Shown here: piece by piece, positions 1 to 9,944 of the stretch | Position numbering within the stretch: the stretch's first letter is position 1 | Layout of the letters: the number at the start of each line of letters is the position of its first letter | DNA from: Bacteroidales bacterium Bact_23 | GTDB lineage: Bacteria; Bacteroidota; Bacteroidia; Bacteroidales; Lentimicrobiaceae | DNA: 43,585 nt | NCBI GenBank assembly: GCA_001603685.1 | Contig: LUZO01000043.1 | Coordinates: 1-43,585 of the forward strand | Reading direction: 5' to 3' | Position numbers and translations under genes: made by a program | Notes under the pieces: generated by a model | Told to the model about the DNA's origin: nothing | The model's input: only the letters and a program-made list of their open reading frames with translations | The model's database searches: none

Positions 1-219
1 CAATGGCATACCTTAATCTATATACAGAGTGGAAATTAAGGATAATTCCGCGTATTGATTTGAGAAATAATCGCCGAACAATTGTAACTTTATCAACTTT
101 TTAACATCTAATCAAACAAAACAAGCAGCCGGAAGTATGTCCCTGAGTTCCGGAAAATAAACGGCAGATAAAAAAGAACTGAAACAATTAAACATTAACC
201 CCAATAAAACCAGATTCTT

Positions 220-1989
220 ATGAAACAGTTTTTCAAATTCATGTTTGCATCTATGGCGGGTTTTTCCCTGACACTGATTATCCTGTTTTTCATTTTTGCA
301 GCGATGATGGCATCGTTGATGACTTTTAGCAAGAAGACAGAGGTAACCGTAAAGCCTAACACCGTGCTATATCTAACATTGAAAGAGTCCATTCCTGAGC
401 GTACACTGGCAAATCCGTTTTCTTTTGGCGGCCCCAATTTCTTCAGCACTTCAAATGTTCCCGGAATTCTCGAAACGATTGAGGTAATTGAGAAAGCTGC
501 AGAAGACGACAACATTAAGGGTATCTATATGGAAATGAGCGAAGTTCCTTCGGGGCTGGCCACTTTGGAAGAAATCAGGAACGCCCTTCTGAAATTCAAG
601 GAATCGGGAAAATTCATTATAGCCTACGGCGAGGTTTATTCGCAGAAAGCCTATTATATGTCAACGGTTGCCGATATCATTACCCTTAATCCCGAAGGTG
701 GCATTGATTTCAGGGGTATGTCGGGAGAGCTTGTTTTTTACAAAGGGCTTCTCAACAAACTCGACATCAACGCTCAGATCATCAGGCACGGCAAATACAA
801 AAGCGCCATCGAGCCTTTTATAAACGACAAAATGAGCGAAGCCAACAGAGAGCAGACACTGGCCTATTTCAATTCACTGTGGCAGCACCTCACGGCCGGA
901 ATCAGCGAAACACGGGGAATCGATCCGGCCAGGCTCCAGGTAATTGCCGATTCGCTGCTGGTTCAGACACCGGAAGATGCGCTGAACTATCATTTTGTTG
1001 ACCAGGTAATTTATAAAGATCAGTTGAACGACCTTCTGAGGGGAAAGCTTGGAATCGGAGAAAACGACAAAATAGAGTTAATTACGCCCGGCAAGTACAA
1101 GGATGTAGCTGCAAAGACATCCAAAAAAAGAGCTAAGGATAAGGTTGCCGTGATTTACGCCGTTGGTTCAATCAACGATGGCGAAGGCAGCGATGAATCC
1201 ATAGGTTCGGAACGCATATCGAAGGCAATACGCAAGGCAAGAACCGACAGCACCGTGAAGGCCATTGTGTTCAGAGTCAACTCACCCGGTGGAAGTGCGC
1301 TTGCTTCGGATGTAATTTTGCGTGAAATAAAACTGGCGCACGAGGTAAAACCGGTGGTGGTATCCATGGGCGACTACGCCGCTTCGGGCGGATATTACAT
1401 CTCCTGCGCCGCCGATACCATTCTTGCCCAGCCCACAACCCTGACCGGATCAATCGGCGTTTTCGGCGTGATTCCGGATTTCAGCAAGTTCTTCAACAAC
1501 AAACTGGGCGTTACCTTTGATGTGGCAAAAACCAACAAGCACGCTGATTATATGTCAGTTACCAAGCCGCTGGACCCCTATGCCGAGAAGGTGATTACCA
1601 ACAGCGTTGAGCGCATTTACGCAACATTTATCGGCCATGTTGCCGACGGACGCTCGATGACCGTGGCACAGGTTGACAGCATTGGGCAGGGAAGGGTCTG
1701 GAGTGGCACCGATGGCGTAAAAACCGGCCTTGTGGACAAAACCGGAGGATTGAAGGATGCCATTGCCATTGCTGCAAGAATGGCCGGGCTTGATGATTAC
1801 AGGATAACTTCACTGCCCGAGCAGAAAGACCCCTTCACCCAGATTATGGAAGAACTTTCAGGAAAGCCTTCGGAAACCAGGATGAAAAAAGAATTCGGAC
1901 AGCTTTACCCCTACATTAAGGAGATGCGTTCGGCTGCAGAAATGACCGGTATTCAGGCCCGTCTGCCCTTTTTCCTGAACATCCATTGA
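220..1989 (+). CDS. sppA: Signal peptide peptidase SppA (protease IV, 67K type)
   Basis: 589 aa; N-terminal TM helix; tandem S49 domains with GKYKSA, RVNSPGGSALAS, SMGDYAASGGY (catalytic Ser) and TGSIGV. Confidence 0.95.
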   Translation: MKQFFKFMFASMAGFSLTLIILFFIFAAMMASLMTFSKKTEVTVKPNTVLYLTLKESIPERTLANPFSFGGPNFFSTSNVPGILETIEVIEKAAEDDNIKGIYMEMSEVPSGLATLEEIRNALLKFKESGKFIIAYGEVYSQKAYYMSTVADIITLNPEGGIDFRGMSGELVFYKGLLNKLDINAQIIRHGKYKSAIEPFINDKMSEANREQTLAYFNSLWQHLTAGISETRGIDPARLQVIADSLLVQTPEDALNYHFVDQVIYKDQLNDLLRGKLGIGENDKIELITPGKYKDVAAKTSKKRAKDKVAVIYAVGSINDGEGSDESIGSERISKAIRKARTDSTVKAIVFRVNSPGGSALASDVILREIKLAHEVKPVVVSMGDYAASGGYYISCAADTILAQPTTLTGSIGVFGVIPDFSKFFNNKLGVTFDVAKTNKHADYMSVTKPLDPYAEKVITNSVERIYATFIGHVADGRSMTVAQVDSIGQGRVWSGTDGVKTGLVDKTGGLKDAIAIAARMAGLDDYRITSLPEQKDPFTQIMEELSGKPSETRMKKEFGQLYPYIKEMRSAAEMTGIQARLPFFLNIH

Positions 1990-2093
1990 TTTACTTCGTT
2001 TAATATACAACCATTTTCTTCCGGAGAAGCTGAAGCACCGGCTTTCGCTTCCCGGAAGGTTCGTTTTATAAAAAACAGAAGATATTTTGTGAA

Positions 2094-2678
2094 ATGACAG
2101 AAGACTTAAGAGCCGAAAAGAAAGCTTTCCGCAAAAAGGTAAATCAACTGATAGCGGCACAGACTCCGGAGCAGAACCTGAAAGCATCGGCGGCAATTAT
2201 GGAACGGATTGAGAAGCTGCCTGAATTTCAGAAGGCAAAAGTCGTTATGGCATTCTGGTCGTTTAAGGGTGAAGTGCACACCCACGATTTTGTCAGGAAA
2301 TGGGCAGACAGGAAGCAGATGCTGCTTCCGGTTGTTGATGGCGACGATATGCTGATCAAAGAGTACAAAGACGACAGTTCGATGGCCGAAGGCGGTTCAT
2401 TCGGAATTATGGAACCGGTTGGCGCTCTTTTCACCGAGTACGGCAAAATTGACTTCATCATTGTTCCCGGCCTGGCATTCGACAGGGATTTCAACCGCCT
2501 CGGACGCGGAAAGGCCTATTACGACAAGTTCCTGAGTAAGGTTGACAGCCTGAAGGCCGCCATCTGCTTTGATTTTCAGTTCTTCGACCGGGTTCCGGCT
2601 GATGAACGCGACATCAGAATGGATATGGTCATTGCAGAGTCGTTTCAGAACGAACGAAGCGCTTTGCGGCGCAGCTGA
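2094..2678 (+). CDS. 5-formyltetrahydrofolate cyclo-ligase
   Basis: 194 aa; FGIMEP, IIVPGLAFD, RLGRGKAYYDKFL and DIRMD motifs typical of the YgfA/MTHFS family. Confidence 0.92.
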   Translation: MTEDLRAEKKAFRKKVNQLIAAQTPEQNLKASAAIMERIEKLPEFQKAKVVMAFWSFKGEVHTHDFVRKWADRKQMLLPVVDGDDMLIKEYKDDSSMAEGGSFGIMEPVGALFTEYGKIDFIIVPGLAFDRDFNRLGRGKAYYDKFLSKVDSLKAAICFDFQFFDRVPADERDIRMDMVIAESFQNERSALRRS

Positions 2679-3505
2679 AATTTCACCGAATCGTCTATCC
2701 TGGTGTTGTATCCGTAGATGGCATCTTCCCAATCGCCGTACATGGCATTGGGAAGCACGATAAATCTCTTCCCGAATTCGCCAGCAAAGCGGTCAACGGC
2801 ATCTTTTCTCGGCTTTACAGCCAGACCTTCGAAATCTTCGGCGAAATCGTTGAGGTTATCGCCAAATAGCAGCGAAATGTGATATTTATTCAGCAATTCC
2901 TGTCTGCGCGCCTCCTTGCTTGCCTCGTCGGTACGGGCAATCACATGGTCGGCATCGGCATGGGGGAATCCCTTATCGGCAAGATTTTTTATGGTAATAT
3001 CTTTCAGATACTCTTTCCGGTTGGTGACATAGAAAATGCTTACGCCGTTGGCGCGGGCGTATTTCAGAAATTCTACCGCACCCGGAAGCGGTTCGGCTGA
3101 GGCTTTCTGGCACCACTCATCCCAGTATTTCGGGTAAACCGTGCTTTCGAGAATGCATTTGGCTTCGAAGTCGCTGTTATCCAGCACCGTTTCGTCAATA
3201 TCCAGTACGATAATCCGGTGTTTGTTCACCGTTTTGTCGGCCAGGTCCATGTCGAGCATTACCTTTCCGATATTGAATGCCTGATAACAGAGCGCACGGT
3301 ACTCGGCAGCGGTTTGCTGATAAAGAGTGGACATCACAAGATGTTCGTTTCTCACCATCCGCCTGAAGGCTGAGTCCTTCATCAGCAACATGGCAGTATC
3401 CTGCTTTACAATCTGATAATCAGATTTTTGATCAGTCTGCTTTTGTTTGCATGAAACGATCGACAGTGCGGATATCAGTAAAATGAGCGAAACAATTTTC
3501 TTCAT
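2645..3505 (-). CDS. 5'-nucleotidase / class C acid phosphatase, lipoprotein e(P4) family (HAD)
   Basis: Start moved to ATG 3505 (MKKIVSLILLISALSIVSC, lipoprotein signal); LDIDETVLDNS, YVTNR, GDNLNDF and LPNAMYGDWE motifs; 3' end overlaps the convergent gene by 34 bp. Confidence 0.9.
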   Translation of the reverse strand: MKKIVSLILLISALSIVSCKQKQTDQKSDYQIVKQDTAMLLMKDSAFRRMVRNEHLVMSTLYQQTAAEYRALCYQAFNIGKVMLDMDLADKTVNKHRIIVLDIDETVLDNSDFEAKCILESTVYPKYWDEWCQKASAEPLPGAVEFLKYARANGVSIFYVTNRKEYLKDITIKNLADKGFPHADADHVIARTDEASKEARRQELLNKYHISLLFGDNLNDFAEDFEGLAVKPRKDAVDRFAGEFGKRFIVLPNAMYGDWEDAIYGYNTRIDDSVKFQLRRKALRSF

Positions 3506-3522
3506 GGCTGTATAAATAGGAT

Positions 3523-3550
3523 AAAAAAGAGCCGGGAAAATTCCCGGCTC
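3523..3550 (-). terminator. Intrinsic terminator after PFOR
   Basis: Inverted repeat GAGCCGGGAA / TTCCCGGCTC (3529-3550) followed on the minus strand by T6. Confidence 0.75.
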
Positions 3551-3581
3551 AAAAATACATGTGAACAAAGAAACCTGCAAA
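3550..3581 (-). promoter_or_regulatory. Bacteroidota sigma-A-type promoter for the e(P4) gene
   Basis: Minus strand TTTG (3581-3578) - 20 nt - TATTTTTG (3557-3550), matching the -33/-7 consensus. Confidence 0.5.
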
Positions 3582-6500
3582 TTAATATTTGCTGAAATCC
3601 ATGTCGGCCATGCGGCGATAGCTGTAATAACGCCATTTTGCGTTTTCTTCAGCTGCGGCAAAGAGTTCGTGGGCTTCTTTGGGGAACGATTTCTTCAGCG
3701 AAGTATAGCGTACTTCCGAATCGAGGAATCCCTGGAATTTTGAGAAGTCGGGCTCTTTTGAATCGAGCTGGAACGGGTTTTTGCCTTCCTGCTCGAGCAG
3801 CGGATTATACCTGTAGAGGCTCCAGTATCCTGCTTCAACGGCATCGGCCTGCTGTTCCTGCGCCTTGCCCATTCCCTTGCGGAGGCCGTGGTTGATACAG
3901 GGTGAGTAAGCGATGATGAGTGAAGGTCCGGGATAAGCCTCAGCTTCGCGCAGCGCTTTCAGATACTGGGTCTGGTTGGCTCCCATGGCTACCTGAGCAA
4001 CATATACATAACCGTAGCTCATGGCAATCATACCGAGGTCTTTTTTCCTGATCTTCTTTCCGCTGGCAGCGAATTTGGCAACAGCTCCGACAGGGGTGGA
4101 TTTCGATGCCTGACCGCCGGTGTTTGAATAAACCTCGGTATCAAGAACCAGAATATTTACATCCTCGCCCGAAGCAATCACATGGTCGAGACCGCCGAAG
4201 CCGATGTCATAAGCCCAGCCGTCGCCGCCAAACATCCAGATTGACCTCTTAATGAAGTACTGTTTCAGTGCCAGAAGCTCTTTTGCCAGCTCAGAATTTT
4301 CCGTTTCGAGCAGAGGCAGCACCTTAGCGGATGCTTCGCGTGATTTTCCGGCATCCATGCGGCCATCGATCCACTCCTGGCAGGCTGCTTTCAGGTCGGC
4401 ATTTTTGGTTTCTGCCATCAGGTCGTTCATGCGCAGGGCAATTCTGTCGCGCATTTTCGATACGGCGGTTGCCATTCCGAAACCAAACTCGGCATTGTCT
4501 TCGAACAGTGAGTTTGCCCATGCGGGGCCTTCGCCATTGGCATTAACCGTATAGGGAGTTGAAGGTGCGGAACCGCCATAGATTGATGAACAGCCGGTTG
4601 CATTGGCCACCATCATTCTGTCGCCATAAAGCTGGGTTACCAGTTTAATATAGGGTGTTTCACCGCAACCCGAGCAAGCGCCCGAGAACTCGAACAGCGG
4701 CTGTGCGAACTGGCTGTTCTTGATATTCTGTTCTTTATTGGCGAGGGTGTCTTTGTAAGAAACATTCTTCGAAATGATGTTCCACAGGTTATTCTGCTCC
4801 ATCTGGCTTTCCAGCGGCTCAAGAACCAAAGCCTTGGTTTTGGCGGGGCATACATCAACGCAGTTGCCGCAACCCGTACAATCGAGCGGGCTGAGCTGAA
4901 TTCTGAACTGCAGGCCGTCGAATGTTTTGGGAATGGCTTTCAGTGTGGGTGTTCCTTCGGGTACCAGCTTCATCTCTTCCTCATTGATCAGGAACGGACG
5001 GATACAGGCGTGAGGACAAACATAAGCACACTGGTTACACTGGATACAGTTGTCGGGGAGCCACTGAGGAACGGAAACGGCGATACCGCGTTTTTCGTAT
5101 TCGGTGGTTCCTGCGGGGAAGGTACCATCTTCGCGGCCCTTAAAGGTACTTACCGGAAGGGTATCGCCCTGCATTGAGTTGATGGTCATCACAACATCCT
5201 TAATGAAGTCGGGGGCATCAATCTCAACCCTGGCTTTCTTATCTGAAAGGTTTTTCCAATCTGCAGGAATATCAACTTTGATAACTTCACCGCCCTTATC
5301 GATGGCTGCGTAGTTCATCTTTACAATCTCCTCGCCCTTGCGGCCAAAGTCCTTAACCACGGCATCCTTCATGTAATCCACGGCGGTCTGGTAAGGAATT
5401 ACGCCCGAAATGCGGAAGAAAGCCGACTGCATAATGGTATTGGTGCGTCCGCCAAGTCCGATATCTTCAGCAATCTGAGTAGCGTTGATGATGTAGAAAC
5501 CGATTTCATTATCAGCCATATAGCGTTTCATATGGTCGGGAATGTGCTTTTTGGTTTCTTCTGCATCCCAGATGCTGTTGAGCAGGAATGTGCCGCCCTT
5601 CTTAAGGCCTTTCAGCATATTGTATTTATCGAGGTATGCGGGCACATGGCATGCTACAAAATCGGGGGTATTTACAAGATAAGGCGAGCGGATGGGCTCA
5701 TCGCCGAAACGCAGGTGCGAAGTGGTTACACCGCCCGACTTTTTGGAGTCGTAAGCGAAATAAGCCTGGCAATATTTATCGGTGGTATCTCCAATGATTT
5801 TGATGGAGTTTTTGTTTGCGCCAACTGTTCCGTCGGAACCGATTCCGTAGAATTTACCCTGGAAAGTTCCCTTGGGAGCAAGGTCAATCTCGGGCAGAAG
5901 CGGCAGCGAGGTAAAGGTAACATCATCAACGATACCAACGGTAAAGTGATTTTTCGGCTCGTTGGCTTTCAGGTTGTTGAATACTGAAATCATCATGGCA
6001 GGAGTGGTATCCTTCGAGCTGAGTCCGTAGCGTCCGCCAATGATGAGGGGTTTCTCAGCCTTATCGTAGAACAGCGCCTTTACATCGAGGTAGAGGGGTT
6101 CACCGGTTGCACCGGGCTCTTTTGTACGGTCGAGAACGCAGATGCGCTTAACCGACTTAGGCATTACATTGAAGAAATATTTGGCTGAGAAAGGCCTGTA
6201 GAGGTGTACGGATACAAGGCCCAGCTTTTCGCCCTGAGCATTCAGGTGGTCAATCACCTCCTTAATGGTTTCGGTGATCGATCCCATTGCAATGATGATA
6301 TTTTCAGCATCCTTTGCACCGTAATAGGTAAACGGATGATATTCGCGACCGGTCAGTTTACTGATTTGCTGCATATAGTTCTCAACGATATCGGGAACGG
6401 CATCGTAGAACGGGTTTGCAGCTTCGCGCGACTGGAAATAGATATCGGGGTTCTGTGCGGTTCCGCGGGTAACGGGGCTTGACGGATTGAGGGCACGGTT

Positions 6501-7118
6501 GCGGAATGCCTTCAGTGCTTCCTGATCAATCAGGGGAGCGATATCTTCCTTTTCAGGCATTTCAACTTTCTGGATTTCGTGTGAGGTACGGAATCCGTCG
6601 AAGAAGTGAAGGAAAGGAACCCTTGATTTAATGGCTGCCAGGTGAGCTACTGCAGCAATGTCCATGATTTCCTGAACGCTTCCGGTTGCAAGCATGGCAA
6701 AACCGGTCTGTCGGGTTGCATAAACGTCGGAGTGATCGCCGAAGATTGACAGTGCCTGAGCGGCAAGGCTGCGTGCCGACACATGAAATACGCCCGGGAG
6801 CAACTCACCGGCCATTTTGTACATATTGGGAATCATCAGCAGCAAACCCTGCGAAGCGGTGTAAGTGGTGGTAAGGGCACCAGCCTGAAGTGAACCGTGA
6901 ACGGCTCCGGCAGCACCGGCTTCTGACTGCATTTCGGTAACCTTAACGGTTTCACCGAAAATATTCTTATGCCCGTGGGCAGCCCACTCGTCCACATACT
7001 CAGCCATGGTTGATGAAGGCGTAATCGGATAGATGGCAGCTACTTCGCTGAACATATAAGCGATATGTGCTGCTGCAAAGTTTCCGTCACATGTAACGAA
7101 ATTTCTCTTTTTTGTCAT
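3582..7118 (-). CDS. nifJ: Pyruvate:ferredoxin (flavodoxin) oxidoreductase, homodimeric
   Basis: Start at ATG 7118 (MTKKRNF); YPITPSS, EMQSEAGAAG, two CxxCxxC ferredoxin motifs, FSGACSGCGE, GGDGWAYDIG (TPP binding). Confidence 0.97.
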   Translation of the reverse strand: MTKKRNFVTCDGNFAAAHIAYMFSEVAAIYPITPSSTMAEYVDEWAAHGHKNIFGETVKVTEMQSEAGAAGAVHGSLQAGALTTTYTASQGLLLMIPNMYKMAGELLPGVFHVSARSLAAQALSIFGDHSDVYATRQTGFAMLATGSVQEIMDIAAVAHLAAIKSRVPFLHFFDGFRTSHEIQKVEMPEKEDIAPLIDQEALKAFRNRALNPSSPVTRGTAQNPDIYFQSREAANPFYDAVPDIVENYMQQISKLTGREYHPFTYYGAKDAENIIIAMGSITETIKEVIDHLNAQGEKLGLVSVHLYRPFSAKYFFNVMPKSVKRICVLDRTKEPGATGEPLYLDVKALFYDKAEKPLIIGGRYGLSSKDTTPAMMISVFNNLKANEPKNHFTVGIVDDVTFTSLPLLPEIDLAPKGTFQGKFYGIGSDGTVGANKNSIKIIGDTTDKYCQAYFAYDSKKSGGVTTSHLRFGDEPIRSPYLVNTPDFVACHVPAYLDKYNMLKGLKKGGTFLLNSIWDAEETKKHIPDHMKRYMADNEIGFYIINATQIAEDIGLGGRTNTIMQSAFFRISGVIPYQTAVDYMKDAVVKDFGRKGEEIVKMNYAAIDKGGEVIKVDIPADWKNLSDKKARVEIDAPDFIKDVVMTINSMQGDTLPVSTFKGREDGTFPAGTTEYEKRGIAVSVPQWLPDNCIQCNQCAYVCPHACIRPFLINEEEMKLVPEGTPTLKAIPKTFDGLQFRIQLSPLDCTGCGNCVDVCPAKTKALVLEPLESQMEQNNLWNIISKNVSYKDTLANKEQNIKNSQFAQPLFEFSGACSGCGETPYIKLVTQLYGDRMMVANATGCSSIYGGSAPSTPYTVNANGEGPAWANSLFEDNAEFGFGMATAVSKMRDRIALRMNDLMAETKNADLKAACQEWIDGRMDAGKSREASAKVLPLLETENSELAKELLALKQYFIKRSIWMFGGDGWAYDIGFGGLDHVIASGEDVNILVLDTEVYSNTGGQASKSTPVGAVAKFAASGKKIRKKDLGMIAMSYGYVYVAQVAMGANQTQYLKALREAEAYPGPSLIIAYSPCINHGLRKGMGKAQEQQADAVEAGYWSLYRYNPLLEQEGKNPFQLDSKEPDFSKFQGFLDSEVRYTSLKKSFPKEAHELFAAAEENAKWRYYSYRRMADMDFSKY

Positions 7119-7182
7119 ATCTGTATATTTGAGTTTAATACGCTCATTAAAAACAACTTGCATTTTCGTTCGAAAAGCACGG

Positions 7183-7190
7183 CAAAAATA
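7183..7190 (-). promoter_or_regulatory. Putative -7 promoter box for PFOR
   Basis: TATTTTTG on the minus strand ~65 nt before the ATG. Confidence 0.45.
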
Positions 7191-7564
7191 CTTATTTTAA
7201 AGTATAGCTAATCCATTTCGGAAGCGGATAAACGCCCGAAAAGGCTAATTTATAATGAGTTTAATTAAGCCCGGGGGAAACTTTGCAATCCGTTTGTAAC
7301 ACAAAGATTGCCACTACATATTTTTGCAATTACAATATCTCCGCTCTCGTAAGGCATTAACGGCAGTCAAAAAACGGATCGCGCTTTCGGGTTTTAGAAT
7401 TTTATTCGCAGGCAGATGTTCTCCGATTTTTGCCGAACCGGAGAGCCTGAATACAAAATTTTCATATTTTACAGCATTTATACAGCTTTTTCGGAAACAA
7501 ATATTTGCGGGCTATTGTTAATAGCTATATCTTTACACCAAACTAACAATAAAAAGATACTACA

Positions 7565-8578
7565 ATGGCAAAACTGGCTGTCAATTACATGGGGATTCCC
7601 CTAAAGAACCCGATAGTAGTGGGTTCCAGTAACATGGTGAACAACCCTGAAACTTTGAAAAAACTTCAGGATGCAGGAGCAGCGGCAATTGTTTACAAAT
7701 CGCTGTTTGAAGAGCAGATCCAACTGGAGAGCATTCAGTTTCAGGACGAGATGGAGCTGTACAACGAACGCAACGCTGAAATGGTCAGCCTCTACCCGGG
7801 AATGCAGTATGCCGGCCCGCAGGAGTTTCTGATGAAGCTGGCAGAAGCCAAATCCCTTCTTGACATTCCTCTTATCGGCAGTCTGAATTGCGTTTTTCCG
7901 GAAACCTGGGTAGAGTATGCGGAACTGATCGAAAAAACCGGCGTTGACGGACTTGAGCTGAACTTCTTCGCAATTCCGAGAGATTTTAATACCGAAGCAA
8001 AATCCATTGAAGATGAGCAGGTTTCGGTTGTAGAGCAGGTGTGCAAAAAGGTTAAAATTCCGGTAAGTGTAAAGCTCAGCCCGTTCTACACAAACACCTT
8101 GCAGGTTATCAAAAGGATGGAAAAAGCCGGTGCAAAGGCATTTGTTCTTTTCAACCGCATGTTTGAACCGGACATCAACCTCGATACCCTTCAGCACAGC
8201 ACGCCATTCAATCTGAGCGCCGAAGGCGATTACCGCCTAACCCTGCGCTACACCGGTATTCTGTACGGCAACACTCAGGCCTCGCTTGTGAGCTCGACCG
8301 GAATTTACACCGGCAACGATATTGTAAAAATGGTACTGACCGGCGCCGATGCCGTGCAGATGGTTAGCGCACTGTACAAACACAAACCCGAGCTGATTAC
8401 CAAGGTACTTGCTGACCTCGAGGCATTTATGGACAAAAACGGATATGCCGGCCTGAAAGATTTCAGAGGTAAACTTTCAAAAGCAAGCGTAAAGGATCCG
8501 TACATTTACAAACGGGCACAATACATTGATCTGCTGCTCCATTCTGAAAAGATATTCAGGAAATACCCTGCCGTGTAA
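7565..8578 (+). CDS. Dihydroorotate dehydrogenase-like FMN protein (PFOR-associated family)
   Basis: 337 aa; LKNPIVVGSS, KSLFEEQ, VKLSPF, FNR and GADAVQMVSALY motifs; no SCPN catalytic loop. Confidence 0.85.
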   Translation: MAKLAVNYMGIPLKNPIVVGSSNMVNNPETLKKLQDAGAAAIVYKSLFEEQIQLESIQFQDEMELYNERNAEMVSLYPGMQYAGPQEFLMKLAEAKSLLDIPLIGSLNCVFPETWVEYAELIEKTGVDGLELNFFAIPRDFNTEAKSIEDEQVSVVEQVCKKVKIPVSVKLSPFYTNTLQVIKRMEKAGAKAFVLFNRMFEPDINLDTLQHSTPFNLSAEGDYRLTLRYTGILYGNTQASLVSSTGIYTGNDIVKMVLTGADAVQMVSALYKHKPELITKVLADLEAFMDKNGYAGLKDFRGKLSKASVKDPYIYKRAQYIDLLLHSEKIFRKYPAV

Positions 8579-8600
8579 CTAATTGCGGAAAAACATTCCG

Positions 8601-8632
8601 AAGGCTGTCCCGACGCGGGGCAGCCTTTTTTT
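8601..8632 (+). terminator. Intrinsic terminator
   Basis: AAGGCTGTCCCG-ACG-CGGGGCAGCCTT followed by a T-run, between convergent genes. Confidence 0.8.
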
Positions 8633-8665
8633 ATCGGAAAATTATATGGATTGGAGGCCGGGGAT

Positions 8666-9598
8666 TTAAGCAGCATTCTGCTGAACCGCCCTCTGCTGCA
8701 TGCTCAGCCTGATGATGGCCATTAACATCAGTCCAACACTGATCCACTGAACCAGGCTGAGCGCTTTGCCATGGAACAGATAATCGAACAGGATGGCCGA
8801 CAGGGGAAAGCAGAGTTCACAAATGGTGGCCAGCATGGCGGGAACCTTCTTCAAACCGTAGTAATACAGGAAAATGGCACCCGAACCCACCGTCAGGGAG
8901 ATGATAATGATAATCAGCCAGTTAAAAGGGGTTGCTGCCGCAAATCCGGCCTGACTGCCCGAAATCAGCATCAGAATCATGGTGATTACCGTAGTAAATC
9001 CATATCTGAAAAAGGTGGCCGTCTGAAAAGGGAGATTTTTAATCATGCACTTTCCTAGAACCGTGGAAGCACCGAAGCAGAATGCGGCGATCAGCGAATA
9101 GCCCGCCGCTACAATCGTTTTCGAACCCGTATGAAAATCGGGCAGATTGAGGCCAAAAGTGAGGAAATATCCGGCCACTATGGCGACGGAGGCCCAGAAA
9201 AAGAACCTCCGGTTCATTTTCTCGCCCAGCAGGATTGCCGCGAGCGCAATGGCAAATACCGGCTGAAGCTTTTGCAGCAGCACGACAATTGAAAGGTCTT
9301 TAAACTCGACATAGAAGAGCGCCTTTACAATGGCCAGCGTGCCCAGGGCGCCACCCGTCAGAGCTACCAGCGATAGGTAGATGATCTCACGACGCGACAT
9401 CAGCCTGAAATATCTGTACTCCTTATAGAGAAAGAGATTCATCAGCAAAAACGGGATGGCATGAATGATGAAAACAACAAAAGTGATATCGAGGTTATAG
9501 AGCTGCGGGGTAAGTAATATACCATCAAGTCCCCAGAGCGAAGCCGATATACAAATGGCTAATGAACCAAATACCAGGGATTTGCCGGATTTTGTCAT
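8666..9598 (-). CDS. DMT/EamA family transporter
   Basis: Start ATG 9598; ~10 hydrophobic helices in two repeats; LLQKLQPVFAIALAAILLGEK motif; TAGCTTTG -7 box at 9629-9636. Confidence 0.88.
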   Translation of the reverse strand: MTKSGKSLVFGSLAICISASLWGLDGILLTPQLYNLDITFVVFIIHAIPFLLMNLFLYKEYRYFRLMSRREIIYLSLVALTGGALGTLAIVKALFYVEFKDLSIVVLLQKLQPVFAIALAAILLGEKMNRRFFFWASVAIVAGYFLTFGLNLPDFHTGSKTIVAAGYSLIAAFCFGASTVLGKCMIKNLPFQTATFFRYGFTTVITMILMLISGSQAGFAAATPFNWLIIIIISLTVGSGAIFLYYYGLKKVPAMLATICELCFPLSAILFDYLFHGKALSLVQWISVGLMLMAIIRLSMQQRAVQQNAA

Positions 9599-9944
9599 CT
9601 GATTTGAGTCTGTTGTTGAAAAACAGCGCAAAGCTATGAAAATAAGCGCAATGTTTTGATTAAACTTTTTGCCTACGGAATAGTCCAGCTAATCAACGGA
9701 ATATCAATTATAAGTGCAGGAAAGGATGTCCGGGAACCACCACATTTTCAACAAACCGGAAACGGATCATGCATACTGAATAAAAAAAGCACTGCAGAAT
9801 TACTTCTTCAGCATAAAAGCATTAACTTTAAGTGAATTTTCGTTTACTTGCAGTGTACAAAAAACACTTGAACAATATAGTTCATTTTACTGACAATAAG
9901 CACTTTGCATTTGAATCACCGATACAGTAGTCTGAAGCAAACTT

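Noticed and set aside
3506-3661. Upstream extension of the e(P4) ORF to 3661
   Set aside because: Overlaps PFOR and runs through a terminator; the lipoprotein signal begins at ATG 3505
7119-7564. Rex box or ncRNA in the PFOR/DHODH-like intergenic region
   Set aside because: Only short palindromes (e.g. GCTATT-GTT-AATAGC at 7511-7525); none fits the Rex spacing
9869-9884. TGAAC-N6-GTTCA palindrome upstream of the T9SS gene
   Set aside because: Single short palindrome in AT-rich DNA with no cognate regulator nearby; could be chance
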